Assembly: GCA_028534125.1 (NCBI GenBank)
Contig: CM052817.1
Span: 27,032,001-27,096,000 of the forward strand
Length of the DNA: 64,000 bases
Source of the DNA: Lama glama
Lineage: Eukaryota
Direction: 5' to 3'
Positions within the stretch are counted from its first letter, which is position 1; every line of letters starts with the position of its first letter. Below the pieces are notes generated by a model. The model was not told the DNA's origin. It made no database searches and was given only the letters and a program-made list of their open reading frames with translations. A program made the translations under genes and the position numbers. Positions 27,219 to 40,241 of the stretch are shown here, piece by piece.

Positions 27219-27718
27219 NNNNNNNNNNNNNNNNNNNNNNNNNNNNNNNNNNNNNNNNNNNNNNNNNNNNNNNNNNNNNNNNNNNNNNNNNNNNNNNNNN
27301 NNNNNNNNNNNNNNNNNNNNNNNNNNNNNNNNNNNNNNNNNNNNNNNNNNNNNNNNNNNNNNNNNNNNNNNNNNNNNNNNNNNNNNNNNNNNNNNNNNNN
27401 NNNNNNNNNNNNNNNNNNNNNNNNNNNNNNNNNNNNNNNNNNNNNNNNNNNNNNNNNNNNNNNNNNNNNNNNNNNNNNNNNNNNNNNNNNNNNNNNNNNN
27501 NNNNNNNNNNNNNNNNNNNNNNNNNNNNNNNNNNNNNNNNNNNNNNNNNNNNNNNNNNNNNNNNNNNNNNNNNNNNNNNNNNNNNNNNNNNNNNNNNNNN
27601 NNNNNNNNNNNNNNNNNNNNNNNNNNNNNNNNNNNNNNNNNNNNNNNNNNNNNNNNNNNNNNNNNNNNNNNNNNNNNNNNNNNNNNNNNNNNNNNNNNNN
27701 NNNNNNNNNNNNNNNNNN
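27219..27718. other. Assembly gap (500 N)
   Basis: Run of N. Confidence 1.
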
Positions 27719-28769
27719 AGCACCTCACTGCACTCGATAAATATGCTAGATGAATAAATAGATACACCTTTGTTCAGCCACTTACTCTCATCATTTTTAA
27801 ACAACTTAGTGTAAAACAATTCTATGATGACCAGTATGCTGTTTCTGTCCTGAATTTTCAAATCTAACATCTCCCCAAAAGTGTCACTTATCAGCCTGCC
27901 CTGTGTCCAATGTAGTCAAGAAAGGCCTAATTTTTTTTTGCAAGAGGAGGTTTAGAAGGCTCTACCCCAAATGTTAACAATTATTATCTTCAAATGTTGA
28001 CATTTCTGGCAATGTTTACTTCTTATTTTCTTTCTGCCTAAGTCTTGTCATAATGAATACACTTGACTCTCATGATCAAAGAAAATCACAATTGGAAATG
28101 ACCTCCCCCAACCCTGCCCTGGCTTTAAAATCTAAAAATAAAAGCAGATTGGACCACAGCTGAAATCATTCATGCATTTGCCATCACTGCGCTGAGAAGT
28201 GTAGCCAGAGAAATCCCAAGGCCACACGCCTCCTTTCACCCCTGAACACCTGCCAACTGAGAGGCACCACCCACAGGCTGTGTTCCGGTGGTGGGTTTTT
28301 TAAACTTACACTGGTTCAGAACACAGACTGATGTCACTGAATAATTTGGAGACAATTAACAACAAACCAAACCTCTTTAAATTTACTGCTTAAAGATACA
28401 GGTGGTTCACCAGATTTAAAAACAAAACCATGTTGGCTCAATATGCTGGTTTATTTTTTTTATTTTGCCTAATCAGCAATCTGCACAAAGCTTTGTGCCA
28501 ATGTCTGGCCTATTTTAATCATTTTTTTCCCTCTATTTAAACAATGTGCACTTTGTTTAAACAATGTATTTTTTTTTAACCTCCTAATTCCAATGTTCAA
28601 ATGGTCAAAGTTGTTTTTTCCAGACAGTGTATGGACTCAAAGGTGTAGCATTTATCCAAGCCCACAGGAATCACTGAATTCAACTAAGAATGTTAAGTGA
28701 GCCTTCTTAACTTTTGTCTTCTCTTAGCAAATACAAGAGTAATAATATCATAAATTAAAGACAATGTTT

Positions 28770-28970
28770 TTTAAACACTTACTTTAGAAGGTACTGATCA
28801 AAGCACTTCAAATTAATATACCCATTTAATCCTTGCAAAGTCTTTTATCCCTTTTTAAAAGATGAAAATATAGAGGCACAGAGAGGTCAAGAAATTACCT
28901 TAAGGTGACACAGAGTAAGTGGCAGAACTTGAATCCTGGCTCTAGGACCTATACTTCTTATACCACTGTG
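28770..28970 (-). mobile_element. MIR
   Basis: gatgaaaatatagaggcacagagaggtcaagaaattacct..aggtgacacag..gtaagtggcaga. Confidence 0.7.
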
Positions 28971-29819
28971 AGTGACCACCAGGTGTATCTCCTGTGCATG
29001 CCACGGTGGTAAGACTTTGGATATACTACTCCCATTTCCCCAAATATTCTTTCCTTCTTTTGCTGTCTAGAAAACTCCTATTTAGCCTCCAAAATCCATC
29101 TTTGGGAAAACTTCCCTGATATTCTAATATACTGAAAATTAATCATGCTCTATTTTCTACCACCATTTTCTTTGTTCATATTCTATTTCACTAAAATGTA
29201 AATAAATTAATCTTCCCTGATTTACCTATTCATTCTATGTGAAAGGAAACTGTATCTGATACATATCTGACTTGTCCACACTTAATAAATATCAAAAGAA
29301 TGAATTAATTTATAAATGTTAAACCTTTCTAGATCTATCTTATAATACATTTATTAAGTGTTTACTATTCTAGGCACATTATGTATTTTAATTCACTTAA
29401 TCGTTCTATAACAACCCCATTAACAAAAGTATACTTATTGTTACAAAAATATAAGTATAATGAATGTTAAAGATTCTATCATTACCTGAGGTCAAAGCTA
29501 GTTAAGAACCAAAAGTGGACCCCAGGCAGTTTAGCTCCACACTCATTGCCTTCCCAGTACATAGATTCTTTACTGGACTCTCCAAGGTCCAGAGGAAAGG
29601 CCAGACCCAGTTCTTGCCCGTAAACATGCCACGTGGAATCTACTTTTCTTCCCTCTTCCCACTACTGGAGGGAATGATCACGTGAAGGATCTATGAGAGT
29701 TCACCCTGAAAACTCACTGTCCAGCAAGAGGCTTGTCACTGAAAAGGAAGCTCAGTGATAACTGTTGAATGACTAAAAATCATTTCTAGATAGCTTTAAA
29801 ATGATGGATTTTTTAACAT

Positions 29820-30039
29820 GTAATAGTACCAGGCACAGTTCAAAGTATTAAACATACTTTATCTTCAAAACAACTATATGAGGAAGAGAAATTTGGTGAT
29901 GGTACTTCTTAGCCCTATTTTACAGATGAGGAAACAGAGGCACCACGAGTTTCAGTAACTTGCCTTATAACTTGAGGTTCAAGATCACAACATCAGAATG
30001 TGAAGCCAGGATTCAAAGTCGAGCAGTCTGACTCTAAAG
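29820..30039 (-). mobile_element. MIR
   Basis: ccctattttacagatgaggaaacagaggcac...gccaggattcaaa..agcagtctgactc. Confidence 0.72.
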
Positions 30040-30549
30040 TCCTGACATTTCCTGTGGCTGCTGTAACAAACACAAACTGTGCGGCTTAACACAACAGAAA
30101 TGTACTCTTACAGTTCCCGAGGCTTGAATTCTGATACCAGGATTCTGGAAGGACCATGCTCCCGCCTAAGCATCCAGGATAGGGTCCTTCCTAGCCTCTT
30201 CAAGCCTCCAGTAGCCCCAGGGAGGCCATGGTTTGTAGCAGAGTAACTCTAACCTCTGCCTTCACCTTCACAGAGCCATCTTTCTTCTCTGTCTGTGTAT
30301 CTGTCTTCACATGGTGTTCTCCCTATCTGTGTCTGTGCCCAAATTTCTCTTCTTATAAGGATACCAGTTACAATGGTAAGGTCCCACCCTCCTCCAGTAC
30401 AACCTCATCTTAACTTGATGACATCTTTAAAGACCATTTTTCAAATAAGGTTACATTCACAAGTACCAGGGGTTAGAACTTTAAGGTATTTTGGAGGTGG
30501 GGTGTGTGTGTGTGTGTGTGTGGAGAGAGACACAATTCTACCAGTAACA
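30040..30549 (-). mobile_element. MaLR LTR (MLT1C/D-like) with an internal (GT)n at ~30502-30522
   Basis: tttcctgtggctgctgtaacaaa...ggcttaacacaacagaaatg, ttcttataaggataccagt, tttcaaataaggttacattcac. Confidence 0.85.
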
Positions 30550-33500
30550 GATACCTGATATGGAACTGACTCCAGAGATGCAGAAAAATGACTCAGTTTT
30601 TCTAACTAGTTAATCCTCTTGATTGGTGCAAGATTTGCTTGTTCTCAAATCAGTCCTCTGAATACAGAGTGGTGGTTAGATGTTTGAGATTCAAGGGTTT
30701 CTTTACATACAAGGTAAACAGAACACAATCAAAATATAAACATATTTTAAGTAAATTAGAAGCTTTGTTTATCATAAAAAAAGCATGTATTTCCCTAGAA
30801 TGGAAGCCAGTTAACATACCAGAAAAATTCAAAATAAAATACTTATATCTGCTTACCTTCCCACTCTTTTAATTAAGCATATACCTCCATTTCTTCCATT
30901 AAGGCAATACTTTCGAGTTCTGACCAATGAACAGTAATTCAACAATATTCTATAACAGTGACCTATAATCATTTGATATTTTCTTTTAAAATTAATAGAA
31001 GTGTCCATTTCTTTTGATTCTTTGGGGTTTATAGCTAACAGATTAAGATTACATGCAGCCTGAAAATTTTTATTAACAAAAATCAGCCCTCAAGGACACA
31101 TGTAAATGAAGTACACAGTTATGCAAGTAAACACATGTGTTTCAAGTTTCTCCCATTGATATCTTCCCTATCCTTCCAGAGTCTTCCGCCAGACTTGTGC
31201 GTTCACCCTACACCAACTGTGCTTTGTTCAGCTGTTAATCATGTGAAACACATTCACCACACACTGGAAGCCTGACTTTGTCTGTGTGCTAAGGAAACAA
31301 CCAGAAATTTCCAAAACAGGCTAATTCAGAATTTGGTCCTCTAAATAGACTTAGGGAAATTCTCAAGCATAAGTAATTGTTAACCAACTCACTACTTAAG
31401 AATTATTCTTTGAAATGTTTTTCTTAGATGACATCACTGATAACTAATTACATGAATATATCTTATCAGCATCACCTAGATGGCAAAAAAGGACCACAAA
31501 GTTGCCTTAACTCATTTTAAATATCAAAATATAGCATTTAAGTCAGGATGCACAGTATACCAAAGCTAGTCCAAGCAAATTTCGTAGGGAAAATGACATT
31601 TCCCAAAATCAAATTCTGGACCTGAAATTCTATTACTTTCTTGTATTCCATCATTGTCTTGATTCAAACAGAAATGGAAGTAGTAACGGCTTATTCTAAA
31701 GGATGGTTCAATTATTTTGGAAGAAACAAATGACCTATTTTTAAAATAAAGTAACAGACTTCCTGTAGGAAAAGACCACTATTAACATGGAATAATTTAG
31801 CAAGTAAAATTCGATTTTGCTAGTACACCACATTAAAATGCAATTTTCAGACTAATATATTTACAGAACATTTCAAGACCGCCAGTCGCTCACCCCTGGC
31901 GGCTGGAGCTTTTCCTTCGTAATTACACTGAGGGCATTCTCAGGACAGAATGCTCAGTGATTAGAGAAATAACTGATTTTTTTTTCCTAAAGAAAAAATC
32001 ACAATCCCAGTTACATCCTTTAAAAGTATATATCACCCTACAGAGTGTAGACATTGTCTTTGTTTAAACAGCAGTTAGAAAAAAATGCAAAGCAGCTACA
32101 ATTACAACCAATGCAGTTGGTGTCTCTGACATGAGCTTTCTCATGCTGGTTGGTCCTTAGACTCTCTCTTCTTGGGAAATTCCTGCTTTTGCTATCTGAT
32201 AGCTCTTGTAGTCTCAGGGAAATATTAATTTAAGGTTGTGCGTATGCACTCAAGCACCTGCGTTCACATTTACCGAGCCAAGTTCTGTCCTCATAATCTA
32301 CCGTCAGCCTACCACCTGTTCGGGCTGGGTGCCCTTGGACAACCTGGCTTCCCCACCTGTCTTTGCAGATAACTGCAGCAGTTATCTCATACAGGTGAGG
32401 CGCCCAGTGATCTCCATGTAACGCGTTCATCACAGTGACTGTTGTGTCACAGTAAGTGCTCAATAAACATGAAGCCTTATCATTTCTCTAGGTCCTCCTT
32501 CAGGTGAGAAAAAGTAGGTCACTTCTACTGATAGACACTGATCCAGGATCAAATCCCAAACCGTAGGTCTTCCAAACCTATCCAACTACAATATGAGGCA
32601 TCAAACACACTGAGGAACTGCCATCCACGTTCTCTGAAGACACTAAAAGGGGAGGGGTGAGGTAACAAACATCACCAAGACCATGGAGTTGAATATAAAG
32701 CATTAAAAACCTACTACCAATAACAAATGTCTCCCCATAAGCCTTTTTTTTTAAAGAACTAACTTTTTAAATATTTTAATCCTAAATAGTATGTAAGTTT
32801 TTGATCAAGGACCATCTTCCATAGCACAGTAAAATATGTGGGATTAATCTAGAATGTCTGGTCAACCTACTGATCATTTCTACAACAGGAAATCAAGAAA
32901 GTAAGTATCTTGTTCACTTTATAGCACACATTTTCACATTATCACAGTAAACCCCCACCCACCCAGGTAGGTATCATTCATTGTAGATATTCTATAGATG
33001 GAGAAACTGTGGCTTCAGCAGGGTGCCTGCTTTTACCCACCTATCCCAGGGCAGGGCCCAAATTGGAAGTGGATTCTGTCCAGATCTAAAGTCTATACTC
33101 TCTTTAGAACAACACGGACAAGCAAAAGAAGGGTTCTGCCACCTGGTCATTTGGCTATAAGGGCACACTCAACAGTATAAATGCGAAAGGTGCCACGGTT
33201 TTTGAGGACATCCCAATGAAGATTAATTTTTACCAAATCACTTCATCCCCAAGTAGAAGTCAGTAACACACACAGTCAAAAACATGGCCCACATAGAGCA
33301 TACCCAGTTTACAATTTGCGTCTGGGTCAGTGTTAGTTCCACACTAAAGAAAGCTTTTGAAAGCTTTCAAGGTCAGGTTCAGGTGAGTGGCACCTCCACC
33401 TTCCCCAGCTCCTGGGGTCCTTGCCCTCCCATCCCTTAGAGCCTCAGCCCCAGTGGCAGTTTGCACAGAGGTTAGGACAGGCCCTGAGGCACTTCAGTCC

Positions 33501-33654
33501 AAAGCAAATTAATTCCTCCTGCAGGTTCCAAATGACAATCAGTCAAGACTCCTTGAGTCACAGTACCTGGGCTGGTGAAGACACAGGACTGGTTTTGTTT
33601 TTTGTTTTTTGTTTTTTAATTTATTTATTTTTGTTGTTGTTAAACTTTTGGGGG

Positions 33655-33961
33655 TTTTGTGGCAAGATATACATAACAAAATTTATCATTTTAGGCATTT
33701 TTAAGTGTATAGTTATGTGGAATTAAATTCATTCACACTATTGTGTAACTATCACCACCATCCATCTCCAGAACTTTTTCATCTTCCCCACCTGACACTC
33801 TGGACCCATTAAACACTAACTCCCCACCATCTCTTCCCTCCAGACCCTGGCAGCCACCCTTCTACTCTCTGTCTCTATGACTCTGTCTTCTCCAGGCATC
33901 ACAGCTAAGTACCTTCATACAATACTTTCCCTTTGGTGACTGGCTTGTGTCACTAAGCACA
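33655..33961 (-). mobile_element. L1MB-like 3' end
   Basis: acataacaaaatttatcatttta..catttttaagtgtatagtt, caccaccatccatctccagaactttttcatcttccc, ttctactctctgtctctatga; T-rich tail to the left. Confidence 0.82.
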
Positions 33962-34363
33962 GCAAGCAGTTCTCTCTGTTCCCAGTTAGTCTTTCGAAGA
34001 AACACCCCTGAAATGCACATCCTTTAGATGAATTAAAAATGAATTCAGGAGAATTACGGTTTTCCCTTTTTCTCACTGCTAAAAGGACATAAAAACACTG
34101 AGGATGGCTGGGGAAGAAGAGAGAGAAAGCCGACAAAGTCACCCACAACATCACCATGAAATGTCTGTTCATTTCTACCCATTCTTTCATCATCTTTTGC
34201 TTTATGCAAACAAACTTTATAACTGCATCACGTTGGGCACCCTCTTCTTTTAGCTAAACCATCTATCAAAACGATGTATCTGCAAGTATTTCAGAAGTTA
34301 GCTTTCAAGGTCAACACTAAGGAAAAGTAAATGTGCTTTCATGAAAACTAGTATCCACTAGTA

Positions 34364-34502
34364 GGGGAGGATATAGCTCAAGTGGTAGAGTGCATGCTTA
34401 GCATGCATGTGGTCCTGGGTTCAATCCCCAGCACCTCCTCCAAAAAATAAATAAATAAATAAATAAGTAAACCTAATCACCTCCCCAACCAACCCCCCCA
34501 AA
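34364..34502 (+). mobile_element. Camelid tRNA-Ala-derived SINE (Vic-type)
   Basis: ggggaggatatagctcaagtggtagagtgcatgcttagcatgcatgtggtcctgggttcaatccccagcacctcc plus (TAAA)n tail. TSD aaaactagtatccac / aaaacttgtattcac at 34344-34358 and 34503-34517. Confidence 0.9.
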
Positions 34503-36861
34503 AAAACTTGTATTCACCAAGCTCTCCTATGATAGAAATAAGTTTAAATTGCCTGAAGTTTCACTCTAATACAAGGAAATTTTTTTCGGCAAAATGGTAC
34601 CACACTGCTGAATTGCTGGTGCTGCAGAAAGTAACACCTTTACAAACATTCATACAACAATCATTTAAATGTTAAGCAAAAATATATATCGTCTATGACT
34701 GTGACCATCCATCCCACCATTACGTCTCTCAGTGGAAAACCGCACAACAGCATCTAATGAAAATCCCATTTTCTTAACAAGAAATAAAGCTAATAATGCC
34801 AAAAATCAACACTCTCCCCAGTTGTCTATTTTTATTGGCTTCTCTTGTAAGCCACACGTTCTCAGAACAAAAGGGTGGAAAAGATAAAATTCAATAAAAT
34901 GCCACATCTTATTTTTGTTTCTTGTTTCTACTTGGAGCTTGTAAAATATACACATAACAGCAGGATCTAATACCAGTAAAGGAAAATGATTTAAGCTAAA
35001 ATAAAACTCAAGTCAGCAGGAGATGACTTTGATCGGGAGAACATTATACGTAAGTTGATGGAATGCAAGACTTCCTTTATTTATTTTAGCACAAATAACC
35101 CCAAGTCCTGGAAAAAGAGACATTTTTAGAAAACGACACTGACCCAGTTGCGTAGTCTCATGAATAAGAGCGGTGAGCGTTACTTTTGTCGCACCACTGC
35201 TCATACACTTTCTGCTCAAATCATGGGAATATATTTAATTCGAATGCAGGGGGCTTTCACCCCTGAATTTCGAGGTAATAGACGGTTGAAGACATGGAAG
35301 TCCTGACCACACTCGTGGTATCCAACTTATCTGCTTTCACGTTAAATCTCCTGTCTCATTCAGGGAAAGTACCAATGCCATGAAAAGAGGACACTGACAA
35401 GGGGGACCAAAAAAGACTAATCACTGTAAATTCAAAGTCTAAGTTCCCAGAACCAGAAGGAACCCCCAAGGGACTCCAAGCCCTAATTCTCCCCAGTGCT
35501 CCACTCCTGGCTCTTCCCTGGGTGGAGGGTTTACGGGGCTGTTCCATCTACATCTGCAGCTTCTTTTAACCCTCTGTTTAGTGAAGTCCTGCTTCAATTT
35601 TCTAGAAACTGCCCCAAGCACAAAAAATCAGCAGCACAGGAGAGGAGCTTCTTCCCATCACTGACAACTGAACCAAACACCCTTTTACTCTGATTATTCT
35701 ACCCACATAAATATTCTCTCAAAAAGACTCATCCCAGGCTCTTCCTCAAATGAAAATTTTCAGTGAGCTCACCCCACCTAGACCCTTTCCTGGCTCTGTG
35801 CCAAACAAGAACCAGACTGGTCAGAGAATAAGACTCTTCAAAGACACAGACCTAGCCCACCTGCTCTGACTTCAGGAAGGACCAAAACTAAACACATCTC
35901 AACAGAAAGGAAATCTAAAAGCCAATGTGTATATATTTTACATTGGGATTCAGATTCTAAAATGTCAGCAAAACTCCAGTCCAGTGTTAACCAAGCCTGA
36001 CCCCTAGGTTTATTTTTCTCATCCCTAGTGCTCACCCTTAGCCACTCCAGCAGGTCACTCCTCTCTCCTGCCTTCCACCTAGAGTCAGCTGAACTCCTAG
36101 GCACTGTCTAGATACCCAAAAGAAGACAGAATGCAGTCATAATTTCAACAATTCAGGTCAAAAAACCACTCTCCATTCACTCACTGAGGCAAAAGCACAT
36201 GCAGAAATGGCTTGAGTCTCAAGAGCATTACAGCCAGCTCCTCCCCTGAATGCACTGAACGAGCAATGACCTCTCGGGCTCTAAACACAACTGATCTCTG
36301 GCCTCAAGTCGTGGCACTGTTCAACTGAGCACAAGGCACGAACAAAACCAGTATGAGAAATCCTGTCCCCACCAAAGATGCTACGGCCTCTACAACAATG
36401 AGAAAGCTGCTGGGGGGTGAACAAAGAGCAGTCTGCCTCACGTGAGTTGCTCTTCTAGGTGCAGGCAAAGCAGGACCTTTACAGTTGGCTGTCCATGGTG
36501 TGCACGGAGAAACAATAGTTCAGAAGAGACTGAGCAAAATGGACCCACAGGCCAATGCTAGATTAAATGAAGTTAATGAGCCTCTTTCCAGCAGGACGTT
36601 TTGAATATGCTGCTGGGGAGAGTGGGCAGATGCAGCTTTCTGAATTTAATGGCAGAAACCTTTATTCACAATGTATTCCCAATCACTTGAGTTTCCAATC
36701 ACTTTGGGGAACAGTGCTTTCGAGGCAATGGAAGGAAGTTTAGAAGCCGAGGCCTAGAAGAGCAGGCACAATAACAAGGTGACATCAATCCAGTTTTCGG
36801 GACTACAGGAACACCAGGATTTCTTGAAAAGATTTTTTTCTAATGTATTCCTTGACTATCC

Positions 36862-37085
36862 TTTTTTTTTAATTGAAGTATAGTCGATCTACAATGTTGT
36901 GTTAGTCTCAGGTGCACAGCAAAGTGATTCAGTTATACATACATACATACATGTATTCTTTTTCCATCATAGGTTATTACAAGATACTGAATACGGTTCC
37001 CTGTGTAATATAGTAGGTTGCTGTTATCTATTTTATATGTAGTAGTGTGTATCTGTGAATCCCAAACTCCTACTTTATCCCCGCC
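36862..37085 (-). mobile_element. Cetartiodactyl-type L1 3' UTR end
   Basis: tttttaattgaagtatagtcgatctacaatgttgtgttagtctcaggtgcacagcaaagtgattcagttataca...ataggttattacaagatactgaata. Confidence 0.85.
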
Positions 37086-37774
37086 TTCAAAGAGATGCTT
37101 TGAAGTGAGGCCCTGCACCATTCTCTTGGCCTGAAATTGCTCCTCTCCATGTCATGATCGCAACATGGCCGCCAATTACTGCCACTCAGGGAACAGCTTA
37201 CTAGTCACCTACTAGGACCAAATACCTGCTAGACACTTTGCATCACATCCCCATCTCCATGTTCTTCATAACCTCTCGCACCAAGACAGCAGAGCATGGT
37301 ACTCGGTGCCATACCCTCAGGGCCCACTGGCACAACTTTTGCAGAATGAATAAGTAAATGAGGTATTCTGGCTATCCCTCCCTCTGGTTTGGATAAATGA
37401 TTACTTACACATCTGGTTATATTTAATTTGGGTTCAATAAGATTTATTATTTCAAATAAAGAGGCCATGCTTATGCTGTGGTTGCTAAATTAAATGACAT
37501 CTGCATTTCCTGTGGACACATATTTTCATACTGAGCCACCATAAGAAGACTATGTATTTCTGAGTCCTTCCAGAAACAATAATGAGTTTAAAGTGAGCCC
37601 CTCCCTTAGACTTCTCTAGAATTTGAACATAAAACCACAAAGTTAACCAGCTCTTACATTAACTCATACCAACCCATTAACATCATCATAATCAGGAATA
37701 AACTCTCAGGAAAACCAGATGCTGAAAATATCCAGGAGCATATTTATCAAAGCCTCCAATGATAAAGTTCTTTT

Positions 37775-38560
37775 CCATTCATATACTCATTCTTTGACAA
37801 ATGTATATCAAGTGCCCAGGACTTCCTAAGCACTGGGAACACAATGATCAGGAAGTCACAGTATATCCCTCGAGGGCTTAGCAGCTGAGGAGGGAAGCCA
37901 GGGAAGTAAATGGTTACAACCCCGTGTGACAACGAAGGCGGGCTGTAAGTGGGCGTAAGGAATCTACTGGGGGAGCAAGAAGAGCCAGTCACCTTGTCCC
38001 AGGTGACTATGAACCCCAGTGGTCTTCCAAGTGTGGTCCCCAGACCAGAAGCATCAATATCACCTGCGAAATTGTTAGAAGTGCAAACTTGCATCAGGCC
38101 ACACCAAAGACCTGTGGGATCAGAAACTTTGGGGTGGGGCCAGCAATGTGTGTTTTAACAAGCCCTAGGGTCATCCTGACACACACTGAGGTGGATGATG
38201 ATTAAGCTACTTCCTGAAGGAGGAGCAAAAAAGTCAAGCAGGTAAAGAAGAGGCAGATGGTAAGAATGGTTGCAGGCGAGGGGAACAGGATAAAAGGCCC
38301 GAGAAAAACCTGGCACCTTGTAAGAACAGTGAGGCTGGAGCTCAGAGCACAAGACAGAGAGCTCAGCAGATCATGAAAGGGGTCAGGTGCAGCGCCAAGG
38401 AGCTGAGCTCCTCCAGAGGGCAGTGAGGAGCCCTGAGGGTTGGGACGTGCCCAGACCCCCAGATTTCAAAAGATCACCTCGGAGGCAGTGTTGAGAACAA
38501 GGAGAGGCCACAGAGAAGGAGCTGCAGACTCCTAGGTGAGAGGCGATATGATGGGAAGGA
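37775..38560 (-). mobile_element. L2 fragment split by MER5A
   Basis: ttcattcatatactcattc..acaaatgtatatcaagtgcc...cactgggaacaca and ttcaaaagatcacctcggaggcagtgttgagaa. Confidence 0.6.
38017..38192. mobile_element. MER5A (hAT-Charlie MITE)
   Basis: cagtggtcttccaagtgtggtccccagaccag..gcatcaatatcacctg..aattgttagaagtgcaaa...tcagaaactttggggtggggc. Confidence 0.85.
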
Positions 38561-40099
38561 AAGTGGAGGCACCCTATCAGAAATGGCTGGCAGTCAGGGC
38601 GTCTCAGGCAGCTGCAGACACGGAGGCACCAGGGGTGCAGTGGGACAGACTGAGCATCCCTTCTCCTGGGAAGCCTTGCCTGACGCACACCCCACACCCA
38701 GCCAGGGCAGGTGCTGGTCTGGGAAGCACTGAATGCTTCCGGTAGTACACATCACATTTACCGTAGTTAGTTGTTTAGCTGTCAGTCTTTCCCTACAGAC
38801 CGACAGCGTTGAGCAGGCAGAGGCAGTGGCTGTCCTGGTCAGTTTCCATGTACATCCTTTGGAACAGCGCCCAGAGCTTGGGAAGCCAAACTGAATGAAT
38901 GGAGCTGGACAAGCCAGGAGGCCACCGAGAGGCCACTGCTCTCATTCGGGGGAGAGAGAAAGAATTAGATAGCTATTATCAACTGAATTTAATTTTTCTC
39001 TAGTCTGCTAATACCATTCAAAACACCAAATAAAAAAAAAACATTTAAAAGTAAATCATGTTATGAAAATTCAAAAGTAAATCTGATCTGTTGAGTAGAG
39101 TGGAGTCCACAAGCTCGTCTCCCTGCCGAAAGTCAGAAAGGATCATGGTTTGAGCATATTTGCAAGTGAAAATACAACACAGTTCTAGGCCACAGAGAGA
39201 CTGCCACCTAATTGAGATAACAAGTTCGCTTCCCTTTGTTTTCAGAACAACTCTGCAAAGCCCCTAAGTAGAGGACAGAGACATTGCAAATCCCAGTGAG
39301 ACAGTCAGAGTCTTTGCTTTGATTTTTAGAAATGATTTCAAACAGGCAGATAATGTTGTGACCTAATTACAGGGTATTTTGGAAACAGCAGGCACCTAAC
39401 TTGGGGGTGGAGTTGGTGGGCGCAGAGGGAAGAGTTACTCAGCCTCTCAATCCTGCACAGAGTTTTATAGAGAAGGGAGCTGTGACGATCAGGAAGTAAT
39501 GCAAAGTCTCCCCTGACCTGCTTCCCGTCTTCTCACCATTCCCAAAATAGACAGAGCTAAGGAAAATCATAAATATATTTCCCAGTCCTCTAGGGGGAAG
39601 GTTCACTAAAGGCATAAATTTGGATCCCTGGGGGGAAAAAAAGGATGAAAGGCAAAGCTATCGAAAGTCCTAGAATCAAGAGATGGAAACAGTGGGAAAT
39701 AAAGGCCATGGACAAAAAGGAACCAGAGAAACAAAAACAATGGGCAATTCTTACAGCAAAGCAAACTGAGAGGTGGTGCCACAGGTTTGCTCGGCTATCC
39801 TGGATTCTCCAAACTAAATTCCAGCTCTTCAGAGTCAAAAGCTAAAGTTTTTGCTTGAAACTAAAAATAATAACTGTTAAGGTCTTACCTTATGCCAAGT
39901 TTTGCTGTAAGCCCTTATCATTCATTCACCCATGAAATCCTCATAACAACCACACCGTGAGGAAACTTGGGCTGTGTAATTCTGTTGCCCAAATGTGACT
40001 GTGACATCCACGACCACGTGGCTATGGAATCGCAGAGCAGTACTGGAATCCTGAGAGTCTGGCTTGTGACCACCGAACCTCTAGGTACCCCCTAGGCCC

Positions 40100-40241
40100 G
40101 TCCTGTGCTTGGACGAGTTAGCAGCATCCTTGGCCCCCACCCACTTGATGCCACCATGATGACAATCAAAAATGTCTCCAGAGAGTATTGCCAAGTGTTC
40201 CCTGGGTGGGGGGCAAAACTGCCCCCTCTGAGAACCACAGC
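40100..40241 (+). mobile_element. MER20 3' part
   Basis: gacaatcaaaaatgtctccaga..attgccaagtgttccctgg..ggggcaaaactgccccc..tgagaaccac. Confidence 0.8.

Noticed and set aside
27189-27870. ORFs of 192 and 225 aa (also 60260-60835)
   Set aside because: They are made of translated N runs.
34364-34440. tRNA-Ala(AGC)-like sequence (also ~605-680 and ~26897-26971)
   Set aside because: Followed by the SINE-specific (TAAA)n/acctaat tail and flanked by TSDs, so it is a SINE head and not a tRNA gene.
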